NCBI RefSeq assembly: GCF_031769215.1
Contig: NW_026782173.1
Coordinates: 1,736,001 to 1,800,000, forward strand
Direction of reading: 5' to 3'
Origin: Ylistrum balloti
Taxonomy: Eukaryota
DNA: 64,000 nucleotides
The translations under genes were made by a program, and so were the position numbers. Below the pieces are notes generated by a model. It had not been told where the DNA came from and did not search any database. It saw nothing but the letters and a program-made list of their open reading frames with translations. Below, in pieces: positions 49,001-61,545 of the stretch. Numbering within the stretch: position 1 is the first letter of the stretch; every line of letters begins with the position of its first letter.

Positions 49001-50572
49001 TCAACTGTTCCAATGTATATCCTTATAACATCACACACATATACAGCGTGTCAACTGTTCCAAGAATATCATTATAACATCACACACATATAAAGCGTGA
49101 CAACTGTTCCAAGATATATCCTTATAACATCACACACATATACAGCGTGTCAACTGTTCCAAGATATATCCTTATAACATCACACACATATACAGCGTGT
49201 CAACTGTTGCAATGTATATCCTTATAACATCACACACATGTACAGCGTGACAACTGTTCCAAGATATCCTTATAAAAACACACACATATACAGCGTGACA
49301 ACTGCACCTTGATATGTCCTTATAATATCACACACATATACAGCGTGACAACTGCACCTTGATATATCCTTATAACATCACACACATATACAGCGTGATA
49401 ACTGTTCCAAGATGTATCCTTATAACATCACACACCTATACAGCGTGTCAACTGTTCCAATGTTTAACCCCATATCACGGAGGTATAAATTACACACTGG
49501 TACAACAAATATTACAGAACAACTTGTCTACTACTTGTTTTGTGGAAATAACTAAAGTAATATGACTTGGTTAATGTCGTATACAATTGAGAGGCTCCGA
49601 GACTTCAATAATTTAAATTTTTATATTGATATCGGTTCTTCATGACTACATTTGAACGTAAATAGAAAGACTTTCGTTTGTTCATCACACATCTTGCACT
49701 TGCTTTTACTGTATTTACAAGTAGGCAGAATTTAGCAGTTTAAATATGTTTTGGATAAGTGTATTGCCGTAATTTTAAAACTCCAGAAAGGTATGCAAGT
49801 TTCTAGACTGAGATGTTTATATATATGTTGTTCTGGAGATGTATACTTTTTACACTGTGCACAACTTGTAACATATTCACCATAGTATATCATGCAATTT
49901 GTTTCAGAACTTAATCTGAGTCAAAACTTCCTATCTGAGTTACCAGGAGAAATGAGTTTGATGTCGGAACTGACTGCTTTGGACTTGTCAATGAATCGTC
50001 TCCGTGAAATACCACCAGTAATCTATCAGTTCGGTAACCTACAGGTGTTGAGGATAACCAGGAATGCAATTGTTGGTAATGTCAAATTTCCAACTCTTTG
50101 ATGTTGATTTGTTACTAATAAAGTAAAAAACAAAACACCCACGTACTTTAAATAACACATATACTCAGGTAATATCTTAAACCTTTGTTATTTACACTTA
50201 AATATTTTATTCTTTTATCATGTATTATCTTGAATCAGAGTCACAAACAATTATTAATATTATGTTTTTTGTAAATTTATTTTATTTTTATTTAGCAAAT
50301 AAATGTATTTTTTATGAAGTGATTCTGATGTTCTTGAGGATCCGATCTCTTTACCGATATCTGAAAAAGACTTTTATTTAAGAGAAGCAAATTTATTTCT
50401 ATTTCTTTCTTCAGAAATTGATATGGATAGGCTAAGTCAGATGTCCTCTCTACAGGAAGTGGATCTTCGCGGTAATCCTCTGTCACCGGAAGTAAAGAGC
50501 AATCTTCTCGAGAGAAGATTTCGTGTGCTCATTGATGACGTCGAAGAGGAAGAAAGTATGAGTGTGGATTAA
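43025..50572 (+). CDS. LRRC20: LRRC20-like leucine-rich repeat protein, paralogue b, 185 aa, 4 exons
   Basis: Exons 43025-43112, 47717-47860, 49908-50075, 50415-50572 (558 nt). Same intron positions and internal exon sizes (144, 168 nt) as paralogue a; EVAEVARRLQEAKES..DLSGCGLMKIPDAIY..ELNLSQNFLSELPGEM..LQEVDLRGNPL. Confidence 0.88.
43777..44236 (+). mobile_element. Non-autonomous Helentron/HINE-like element
   Basis: Starts CAAGATGTGTTTATGAAACA; two ~146-bp subunits (GGTACC...GAAAGGTCTT...ATATGAAAGCC at 43932 and 44078); ends AAAAACAATATGCCCC...GGGCATTAAAA with a subterminal hairpin (TGCCC 44205 / GGGCA 44226). Family from recall of bivalve repeats. Confidence 0.65.
44325..47740 (+). repeat. 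57-bp minisatellite (~60 copies) made of the LRRC20b exon 2 acceptor plus exon start
   Basis: Unit CTATCTACCATTGTAG|ACCTCTCTGACTGTGGTCTGTAGTGGATGTTTCTGACATAG; the last copy is the true acceptor (47716|47717). Confidence 0.97.
47945..49465 (+). repeat. 50-bp minisatellite (~30 copies) derived from the LRRC20b exon 2 donor junction
   Basis: Unit TCAACTGTTCCAAGATATATCCTTATAACATCACACACATATACAGCGTG versus junction CAAGCTGCTTCAAG|GTATATCTTTATAACATTATATATGTATG. Confidence 0.95.
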
Positions 50573-51201
50573 ATCCTGATTCATACGTGTCATAATGAAG
50601 AAGAAAAAGAACACGCGCCAAGATTCGTCGGTTGTTACTAAGTTAAAGGCTTAATGTTTACTTTTTGATACACCATACAATTCCTAAATGTGATAATAAA
50701 ATCATGCTTATTTGTATAAGGTTTTATTTCATTAGGGTAATCTATGTCGCTGAAATATTGATAAACAGAACATTGAATTCCATACGCCAATCAATATCCG
50801 TATGCAGTATTTTCATTGTTTACATCAGTATGTTAGATGTAAACACAATGGTATGAAAGGCGTTATATTCAATGATACTCTCTATTGTGAAATGAAATGT
50901 CCGCATTTTATTGGAACACAATCATTGTAATACAATTCCATATTTTCCTGTCGATATGCATTCTTGGAATTTATGTGGACAGTTTCAAACTTGTTGTGAA
51001 TAGCGACAACCCTGCCGATCATTAACATTTAAGTGTGTTTGTACCGTTTTAATGTTTATATTTATATACTTGTCTGTGATGTTTGTGTATGATGGCAATG
51101 TTTACGTATTTCTCTTACCTTCCATTGTTTCATTACTCCATTGGAACAGATATAAATGCGTTGTAACCATTGCTGTTTTGTTGATACATTTCTGCTTGTG
51201 A

Positions 51202-51251
51202 AATAAAAAGAATTGGTTCACGTATAATCTATCGCATATCAGCTATTTATT
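51202..51251. terminator. Candidate convergent polyadenylation signals of LRRC20b (+) and the acidic-protein gene (-)
   Basis: AATAAA at 51202-51207 (+) and at 51251-51246 (-), 38 bp apart, between the two stop codons. Confidence 0.4.
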
Positions 51252-51646
51252 GTTTGTAATATCTTATCAAGGGACATTATACAAGCAACGCTCTCATTGT
51301 ATATTGGCGTTAGTTCGTTTTTACTATTTCTATAAACAATTATTAAAGCCCATATGCCAAACGTTGCGAAATACGCTTGCCTGTATAGTTCTCTTAACTA
51401 TGTAAACCGAAACTCCTTCTCTCGCGACCCTAAAAACACTAAAAACTAATACTAAAAAGTTCATTAAATCTACCCGTGTAGCTGATTATTACAATATTCC
51501 TAGTTTCCCACACCCAGGAAAGATGTTCTCGGTCTCTCAAATTATATCAATTCAACGTTTTATACGATCCTTCTGTTTCTAGCAATCCAAGGTTTTCCAC
51601 ACTTTGATGACGGCCCCCTAACCAGATATGCTCCTGTTGTAATCGT

Positions 51647-52327
51647 CTATACCACTATTGGGTTTCCAGCACCTTGGAGAGAAGCTCCCACTACGTCGTC
51701 CCATATCATGTCTTGATTATTTGAGTCTTCATCGACTGGTAGATCATACGATCCAACAACTGGTTGTATATCAGCATTAGAAAAGTCACTTGGTACTAAA
51801 TCAATTGAAGCCAAATCAGAACCACTTCTTTGTGGCTCTGTTTCACTTTCGTTTGGAATTTCTTTATTTTCTGCGCTGACAGAAGGACTCTCGATTTCAT
51901 CAAGCACCCTTTCAAGAAACTCGTCTGAATTTTCATCGTTGGATTTTTTAAATCCCAATTTTCCCATTAACTCGTAGTCGATTTCATCTCTCTCACTTCT
52001 GTCACCATTTGTTGTACCGTCCATGGTCTTACTTACTTTATCGAGCATCTGACTTGGGTCATTAATGCCTCTTACGTCAATACCCAAATTATTAGTGAGA
52101 TGATTCTTAAATGCAGTAATGAAATCGTCATCAAAATCGTCATCGTCGTCCTCCTCCTCCTCACTATCGTTATCAGAATTGCGGGCGTCACCATCAAGAT
52201 CATCACTGTCGTCACCATCAAGATCATCATCTTCGACCGTTTCCTCCGAGAGTGATTCTGCATCTTGAATATCGTCTTCTTTATCCTCATCACTTTCCTC
52301 GTCCGCGTCCACTTCATTTGATTGTAA

Positions 52328-52366
<39 letters not shown>

Positions 52367-55300
52367 GTCATCGTCGTCGTCGTCGTCCACCGATTCTTCA
52401 CTTGGAACATCCTCCAATACTTCTCCAGATGATTGCTCTGGTCTTGGAGAATTGTCATCTATATCACCTTCCTCCCTTTCTATCTCTTCAGATACATCCA
52501 AATCGTGATCATCAGTGTTATCGTGGTTTATAGAATTTAAATCCTCATTATCATCACCACTCTTGTCAGTATCTTCTTCAGCACTGTCATTTCCATCTGA
52601 CTCAGCTTCAGTGTCATTCTCCAATTCGTCGTCATCAGTTTCAACTGAGGTTATTTCCTCTTCATCTTCATCGTCGTTATTGCCCTCGCCATTTGCATCA
52701 TCATCATCTTCATTGTCATCATCGATTTCAACATTATCTTCTGTTGTATCGTTCACCTGTTCGAAGTCTGAAACGTTTCTGTCGTCATTATCATTATCAT
52801 TATTTCCATCGTCAGCGTCTTCTTCATCTACGTCATCATTATTTCCATCGTCAACGTCTTCTTCATCTACGTCATCATTATTTCCATCGTCGACGTCTTC
52901 TTCATCTACGTCATCATTATTTCCATCGTCGACGTCTTCTTCATCTACGTCATCATTATTTCCATCGTCAACGTCTTCTTCATCTGCGTCATCGTTATTT
53001 CCATCGTCAACGTCTTCGTCATTTTCGTCATCATTATTTCCATCGTCAACGTCTTCTTCATCTACGTCATCATTATTTCCATCGTCAACGTCTTCGTCAT
53101 TTTCGTCATCATTATTTCCATCGTCAACGTCTTCTTCATCTACGTCATCATTATTTCCATCGTCAACGTCTTCTTCATCTACGTCATCATTATTTCCATC
53201 GTCAACGTCTTCGTCATTTTCGTCATCATTATTTCCATCGTCGACGTCATCGTCATTTTCGTCATCATTATTTCCATCGTCGACGTCTTCTTCATCTACG
53301 TCATCATTATTTCCATCGTCAACGTCTTCTTCATCTACGTCATCATTATTTCCATCGTCAACGTCTTCGTCATTTTCGTCATCATTATTTCCATCGTCGA
53401 CGTCATCGTCATTTTCGTCATCATTATTTCCATCGTCAACGTCTTCTTCATCTACGTCATCATTATTTCCATCGTCGACGTCTTCTTCATCTACGTCATC
53501 ATTATTTCCATCGTCGACGTCTTCGTCATTTTCGTCATCATTATTTCCATCGTCGACGTCTTCTTCATCTGCGTCATCATTATTTCCATCGTCGACGTCT
53601 TCGTCATCATTATTTCCATCGTCAACGTCTTCGTCATTTTCTTCATCATTATTTCCGTCGTCGACGTCTTCTTCATCTACGTCATCATTATTTCCGTCGT
53701 CAACATCTTCTTCATCTACGTCATCATTATTTCCGTCGTCAACGTCTTCTTCATCTACGTCATCATTATTTCCATCGTCGACGTCTTCGTCATTTTCGTC
53801 ATCATTATTTTCATCGTCAACGCCTTCTTCATTTACGTCATCATTATTTCCATCGTCGACGTCATTTACGTCATCATTATTTTCATCGTCGACGTCTTCG
53901 TCATTTACGTCATCATTATTTCCATCGTCGACGTCTTCGTCATTTACGTCATCATTATTTCCATCGTCAATGTCTTCGTCATTTACGTCATCATTATTTC
54001 CATCGTCGACGTCTTCGTCATTTACGTTATCATTATTTCCATCGTCGATGTCTTCGTCATTTACGTCATCATTATTTTCATCGTCAACATCTTCGTCATT
54101 TTCGTCATCATTATTTCCATCGTCGACGTCTTCGTCATTTACGTCATCATTATTTTCATCGTCAACGTCTTCGTCATTTTCGTCATCATTATTTCCATCG
54201 TCAACGTCTTCGTCATTTACGTCATCATTATTTCCGTCGACAACGTCTTCGTCATTTACGTCATCATTATTTCCATCGTCAACGTCTTCGTCATTTACGT
54301 CATCATTATTTCCATCGTTACTGTCATCATTGACATCGTCATCGTCATTATCATTATCATCATTTTCAGCACCATCGTCATCATTGGTGTCGTCGCTGCC
54401 ATCATCATTAACATCGTCGTCATCATCGTTATCTGTATCGTCATCGTCGTCATCATCATCGTTATCTAAATCGTCATCGTCTTCATCATCTTCATTAGCA
54501 TCGCCATTATCTGGACCATTATTATTAAAATTGTTACCACTCCCTGAAGGAGCTGTTTCAGTTTGTGAAGCATCAGGATTTACCGCTTCTACAGGGAGAT
54601 CTCTCTGTAAAGCCTTTATTTCTGCTTCTAACTTAGACTGAGATGGACCAAGTTCTGCGTTGCTCCATGCACCCGGACGTGAGAGTACCGATTCCGGTTC
54701 AGTTCCGAATCCGAGAGAAGGTTGTGGAACTGAATTATCTGTGACTGAGTTAGCCTCTGCATCAGATGGTGTTTGTTGACCTGCTTTAGACGGACTGAGC
54801 TGGCTTCCTACGTAATATGTTTGTCCATCCGGTCCAACCACTGACATCGGTTGATCACGGTAAAAGAAATTGTTGTTGTTTTTGAAGCCAATGCGTCTCA
54901 CGTTATTGTTTTGTACAGACGAAGCTACTTGTGGCAAACTGCTTTGTTGTTGAACTTCATTTTGTTCCCGAATCCAATCTGGTTGCTGAGTGAAGCTCTT
55001 GTGTTGGTCTAAAGGCTCAATAACTGAAATAAAGACAAGATCATAATAAGGTTTCGATATATCGTGGAATTGTCTGTTTAAAACGTTTGCATACCGATGG
55101 GACTTCGAAAACTACAGAAATGTCTAGTAATTATGATATCTTTACAGTGACATACCAGGTGAAGTTCTAGATCAGTAGTCTGTAAATAAATTTTCATTCT
55201 ATAAGTAAATGTGACCTTCCATCAGTAGTTTATTGGAACTTTTCATACTAATTTAAATATGTCACATCGCTGCGACATGGAATTGCAAAGCATGGTGAAA

Positions 55301-56285
55301 TGAACCGAGGTCAAAATAGCGTTATGATGAAATGAATCTTCCGTGACATTTATATTCTATTTTCAATATTTACAATGAAAAACCGTCATAAATTAATTCG
55401 CTTTAATCATGTGTCCTTTTAAAGTATAACTTGTTTGGCAACATGGTCTAATTTGCCGTGTGAATTAACAATCAACGTTAGTTAAGAATTGGTAACTGAC
55501 GAGAGTGAGCTATTTTTGAACAGGTATGCTACATCTGTGTGGTGTCATCTGTCCTGTTCCATCGATATCATCTCCAGCTTGAGTAGCTGTGCACAATAAA
55601 ATTCCTCTATCAAATGTCAGTCCGACTTATTGAATGATTAGACAATCCATTACGTAGTGTTTCCGTGCGTGTTTACATACTGCTAATGAGGTAATAAACG
55701 GCCAAGTCAAAGGCCATGTCGTCACTGTAGACGGAAATATCACGTCTCGTTTGTTACTCGTCTAATTCACTGTGATTTAATGATTATGTGTTTATAGTGT
55801 TTTCATCTGTTTTAAGTGTCCGTGAAACTGTACTCATTATATTAACGGTTTTCAAACACAGAATATTTGGTACAAAAAAAATATCTCTCTTTTAGGACGA
55901 AATGCATCCTGGGTCTCTATATAGTGTTTACTTCTGGTGTTGTTGGACGACTGACACAAGTTGATCTTTACAAGTTCTGATTTAGACCGATGTCTTTTTA
56001 ATTTGCAACACGGTGATTCATGACGATGTTAGGTCAAAATTCCTTGCATTCCATGTAACACTTCACAGAACCATCGAATCAAATTTTAGGTACTGAGAAA
56101 TTGATTTACAAATCATAATTTTTCACAGTTTTATCTTCTACATTTGTATTGAAATGTGATCTTATATCTTTTGTATAATCCTTACCTGGATCCACCCAGT
56201 TAGCAACAGACTGTTGTTGAACGGGTAAAGCTGTAACCAGGACCCCAAGGGAACCACACAAACACAACCACGTGATGACTGACAT
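51647..56285 (-). CDS. Secreted, extremely Asp/Glu/Asn-rich repeat protein, 1158 aa; candidate biomineralisation (shell-matrix) protein
   Basis: Exon 56285-56186 (MSVITWLCLCGSLGVLVTA-LPVQQQ..., signal-peptide-like, donor CAG|GTAAGG, acceptor 9 nt upstream of the ATG) joins in phase to exon 55023-51647 (acceptor TCTTTATTTCAG); total 3477 nt, no internal stop. About 40 x 13-aa acidic repeats, a 19-Asp run, and non-repetitive N- and C-terminal regions. Confidence 0.9.
52790..54325 (-). repeat. Coding 39-bp tandem repeat (~40 x DDGNNDD(V/E)(D/N)(E/D)EDV)
   Basis: Counted from the translation; both short variants (11 and 10 aa) are in-frame deletions. Confidence 0.95.
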
Positions 56286-57954
56286 GACGAAAACCTGCAA
56301 TCAAAATAAAATACGCGTTACTTGTCAACCACAATGCTGTGAAATAGATAAATAATATGTGTGTTCGTTTGGTGCTCTGATTACTAGAAATCATAGTTAT
56401 CTATTAAAACAGTTTTTATTTCACACGAAATTTACACATATATAACATAAGGATTAACAAGCGTAGTAGTTTTATTAGTTATTAGCGGTTATGGATTGCT
56501 GTTATTAATTATATATATTAAATCGGAACAAAATTTCGTATACACCTTGACCTCAGGTAGGGGTCATGACCTCATATTCATGTTCTAAGTAAGGTAACTG
56601 AATCAGGCTGACGTTGTCCGTTTTTGTCTGTTCACAGGTAACACCCTTGAATTGACTTTAAGTCTAGTTTTTATCAACAAAATCGCACTCTATGACGCGT
56701 TTTCTTTCATCATTCTTGCAGAGAATAGATAAAAAATTTAATAAAGAGTGCAATCTATCTTATACTTCCTGGTGGTATTTTTTCCATGGACACACCTCTG
56801 ACGGGTGTACGTGTAATGCATTAATGCAGTACCAATTGATTAACGTCAATGATAAATTGTGATAGTAACCACTCACAATCTTATATTAGTCAGCGAAATG
56901 CCCCTGACAATAAACAGGTGAATGCAAATTACGACTTTAGTTATATCTACCTCTGACATTTAACACCTACCTTTATCTAATAATAAATCACAGGTGTTGT
57001 TCATGTCCTGGTGACAGGTTAAAAAGTCAAATTTTCTAATTAGCACACAATTAAGTAATTAACTGTTTAACGAGGAATTTGTATGAAAATGTTCAGTAAT
57101 ATATTATACACTTCCGGAAAACTTAAGGTCGTCATGACACGATGTTCGGTTGTGAGACGCCAGTTTTATCGCCATTTAAGTTGTAGTGTATTTAACCTTG
57201 AATTAGGCATAGTTACATTACACTGACACCAACGTGATGCTTTCGGAACACACGTGTAAATATTCAAGCTCTGTTGATCATAGCAAACCCTATTGTACTT
57301 GACATTAACAAAAGGTATAGTCAAACCCTTTTCGAATGACTCTTACTTTCAGTTCAACTAGGAAAAAACTTACATGTAAACGGAGTCTTAATTCTTTAAA
57401 TCTATTAAAAAAGGGTGCAAAATTTAGAGTAAGGTAAAAAGGATAATGAGACAGGGTGTTCCGGAAGGGTAATCGTCTTCTGCCTTTTTTATCTTTACAA
57501 TAAGAAATGTCATATTCTCAAATCAGAAACAAGCTGATAACAACTGGTAGATAAACTATAACGAACATTGAACACATCTATATGGCATGTGTAAATAATA
57601 TATTGATTACAATTGTCATCATTTTAACAGTCATCGCATTGGCGATGAATTCTACGACCAACTTGAATGTTTTACACAGCAAAACTTTGTTTGTTAAGAT
57701 AGGAAATTATTGTTCACTAAGAACATTAAAAGGTTACATATCTTTATAACAATATTTGTCATCCTTGTCACTGATCTCCGAAGGTGTATGTATATATTCT
57801 AAATTTCTTACTATGATCACTCGGTACTATATTGTATATAACTGTAATTATGATATTTTGTGGAATAGAAGTGAGCTGAACTATACCGAATTGACTAGTT
57901 TGATACAAAATTGAAACGGAACGAACTGGATCAGCTGGACCAAGATTGAAAAAA

Positions 57955-60610
57955 CATTTATTACCACTGTAATAAACACTATTATCACTGTAATAAACAA
58001 TATTACCACTGTAATAAACACTATTATCACTGTAATAAACAATATTACCACTGCAATAAACAATATTACCACTGTAATAAACAATATTACCACAGCAATG
58101 AACACGATTATCACTGTAATGAACAATATTACCACTGTAATAAACAATATTACCACTGCAATAAACACTATTACCACTGTAATAAACAATATTACCACTG
58201 TAATAAACACTATTACCACTGTAATAAACAATATTACCACTGCAATGAACACGATTATCACTGTAATGAACAATATTACCACTGCAATAAACAATATTAC
58301 CACTGTAATAAACAATATTACCACTGCAATAAACACTATTACCACTGTAATAAACAATATTACCACTGTAATGAACACTATTACCACTGTAATGAACAAT
58401 ATTACCACTGCAATGAACACTATTACCACTGCAATGAACACTATTACCACTGTAATAAACAATATTACCACTGCAATAAACACTATTACCACTGTAATAA
58501 ACAATATTACCACTGTAATGAACACTATTACCACTGCAATGAACACTATTACCACTGTAATAAACAATATTACCACTGTAATAAACAATATTACCACTGT
58601 AATGAACAATATTACCACTGTAATAAACACTATAAACACTATTACCACTGCAATATTACCACTGTAATTAACAATATTACCACTGTAATAAACACTATTA
58701 CCACTGTAATGAACAATATTACCACTGTAATGAACAATGAACACTATTACCACTGTAATGAACACTATTACCACTGTAATGAACAATATTACCACTGTAA
58801 TAAACAATATTACCACTGCAATAAACACTATTACCACTGTAATAAACACTATTACCACTGTAATAAACAATATTACCACTGTAATGAACAATATTACCAC
58901 TGCAATGAACACTATTACCACTGTAATGAACACTATTACCACTGTAATGAACACTATTACCACTGTAATGAACAATATTACCACTGCAATGAACACTATT
59001 ACCACTGTAATGAACACTATTACCACTGTAATGAACAATATTACCACTGTAATAAACAATATTACCACTGCAATAAACACTATTACCACTGTAATAAACA
59101 ATATTACCACTGTAATAAACAATATTACCACTGCAATAAACAATATTACCACTGTAATGAACACTATTACCACTGTAATAAACAATATTACCACTGTAAT
59201 AAACAATATTACCACTGTAATGAACAATATTACCACTGCAATAAACACTATTACCATTGTAATGAACAATATTACCACTGCAATGAACACTATTACCACT
59301 GTAATAAACAATATTACCACTGCAATAAACACTATTACCACTGTAATAAACAATATTACCACTGTAATGAACACTATTACCACTGTAATGAACAATATTA
59401 CCACTGCAATGAACACTATTACCACTGCAATGAACACTATTACCACTGTAATAAACAATATTACCACTGCAATAAACACTATTACCACTGCAATAAACAC
59501 TATTACCACTGTAATAAACACTATTACCATTCTAATGAACAATATTACCACTGCAATGAACACTATTACCACTGTAATGAACAATATTACCACTGTAATG
59601 AACAATATTACCACTGTAATAAACAATATTACCACTGCAATAAACACTATTACCACTGTAATAAACACTATTACCAATGTAATGAACAATATTACCACTG
59701 CAATGAACAATATTACCACTGTAATGAACAATATTACCACTGCAATAAACACTATTACCACTGTAATGAACAATATTACCACTGTAATAAACAATATTAC
59801 CACTGTATAAACAATATTACCACTGTAATGAACACTATTACCACTGTAATGAACATTATTACCACTGTAATAAACAATATTACCGCTGTAATAAACAATA
59901 TTACCACTGTAATAAACAATATTACCACTGTAATGAACAATATTACCACTGTATAAACAATATTACCACTGTAATGAACACTATTACCACTGTAATGAAC
60001 AATATTACCACTGCAATGAACAATATTACCACTGTAATAAACACTATTACCACTGTAATGAACAATATTACCACTGCAATAAACACTATTACCACTGTAA
60101 TGAACACTATTACCACTGTAATGAACACTATTACCACTGTAATGAACAATATTACCACTGCAATAAACAATATTACCACTGTAATGAACAATATTACCAC
60201 TGCAATAAACACTATTACCACTGTAATGAACACTATTACCACTGTAATAAACAATATTACCACTGTAATGAACAATATTACCACTGTAATGAACAATATT
60301 ACCACTGTAATGAACATTATTACCACTGTAATAAACAATATTACCGCTGTAATAAACAATATTACCACTGTAATAAACACTATTACCACTGTAATGAACA
60401 ATATTACCACTGTAATGAACATTATTACCACTGTAATAAACACTATTACCACTGTAATGAACACTATTACCACTGTAATAAACAATATTACCACTGTAAT
60501 GAACATTATTACCACTGTAATAAACAATATTACCACTGTAATAAACACTATTACCACTGTAATGAACAATTTTACCACTGTAATAAACACTATTACCACT
60601 GTAATGAACA
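57955..60610. repeat. 21-bp minisatellite (~126 copies), intergenic
   Basis: Unit AATAAACAATATTACCACTGT; 1-nt deletions at ~59806 and ~59952 (146 bp apart) and irregular units at ~58630-58740 break all frames. Confidence 0.97.
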
Positions 60611-61049
60611 CAATTGAATAGCGACGCGCAAGATCATATCAATTAATAATGCGTTCTCATTCTCCTGTAAAAACAGTTTGATGGAGATCATCAAAGGAGA
60701 TCATTATTTTATTGTTTCTTAAGTGATACAAATGAGTGTGTCAGATGTATACAAACCTACAGTGTTGTCTAAAATGTGACATGTGAATGGTCGAGATTTA
60801 TTGGTTTTTTTGTAATTGATTGAAGGATCCATTTATATGTACGACGAGTTGTGAAGATGTGTCAGGTGTTGTATACGCGTTGAATTGTAATTTGATACAA
60901 TTAGTTATGTTGTATAAGAAAATGTAGAGCATATTGATTCTAAAGAATATAACAAGTCAGAAAGAAAATGCATAATTAAATATTCTGAAACTGCAATTAC
61001 TCTTTTTAATAAAAGCATGCATATTTCTGTTTTTCTTACTAGGTTTCAT

Positions 61050-61545
61050 ATATTCTACTCGTTAAAGAAACAATATTTAATAGATTCTACTCGTTCCAGA
61101 AACAAGATTTAATAGATTCTACTCGTTACAGAAACAAGATTTAATAGATTCTACTCGTTACAGAAACAAGATTTAATAGATTCTACTCGTTACAGAAACA
61201 CGGTTTCATAGATTCTACTCGTTACAGAAACAAGATTTAATAGATTCTACTCGTTAAAGAAACAATATTTAATAGATTCTACTCGTTCCAGAAACAATAT
61301 TTAATAGATTCTACTCGTTACAGAAACAAGATTTAATAAATTCTACTCGTTACAGGAACACGGTTTTATAGATTCTACTCGTTACAGAAACAAGATTTAA
61401 TAGATTCTACTCGTTACAGAAACAAGATTTCATAGATTCTACTCGTTACAGAAACAAAATTTAATAAATTCTACTTGTTACAGAAACAAGATTTCATAGA
61501 TTCTACTCGTTACAGAAACAAGGTTTCATAGATTCTCGTCACAAA
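61050..61545. repeat. 32-bp minisatellite (~15 copies)
   Basis: Unit TAGATTCTACTCGTTACAGAAACAAGATTTAA. Confidence 0.95.

Noticed and set aside
52515-54641. 708-aa Ser-rich and 546-aa His/Arg-rich ORFs on the + strand
   Set aside because: Antisense shadows of GAT/GAC/GAA/AAT codons in the acidic gene; the minus frame has the signal peptide, splice sites and unique termini.
57881-60621. Mucin-like MNTITTV/INNITTA, hydrophobic VILFITV and NEHYYHC heptad ORFs
   Set aside because: All are frames of a 21-bp satellite broken by 1-nt deletions; no signal peptide or unique domain.
781-61545. CRISPR-like appearance of the regular arrays
   Set aside because: Units are contiguous with no unique spacers, no cas genes are present, and the context is intron-containing eukaryotic genes.
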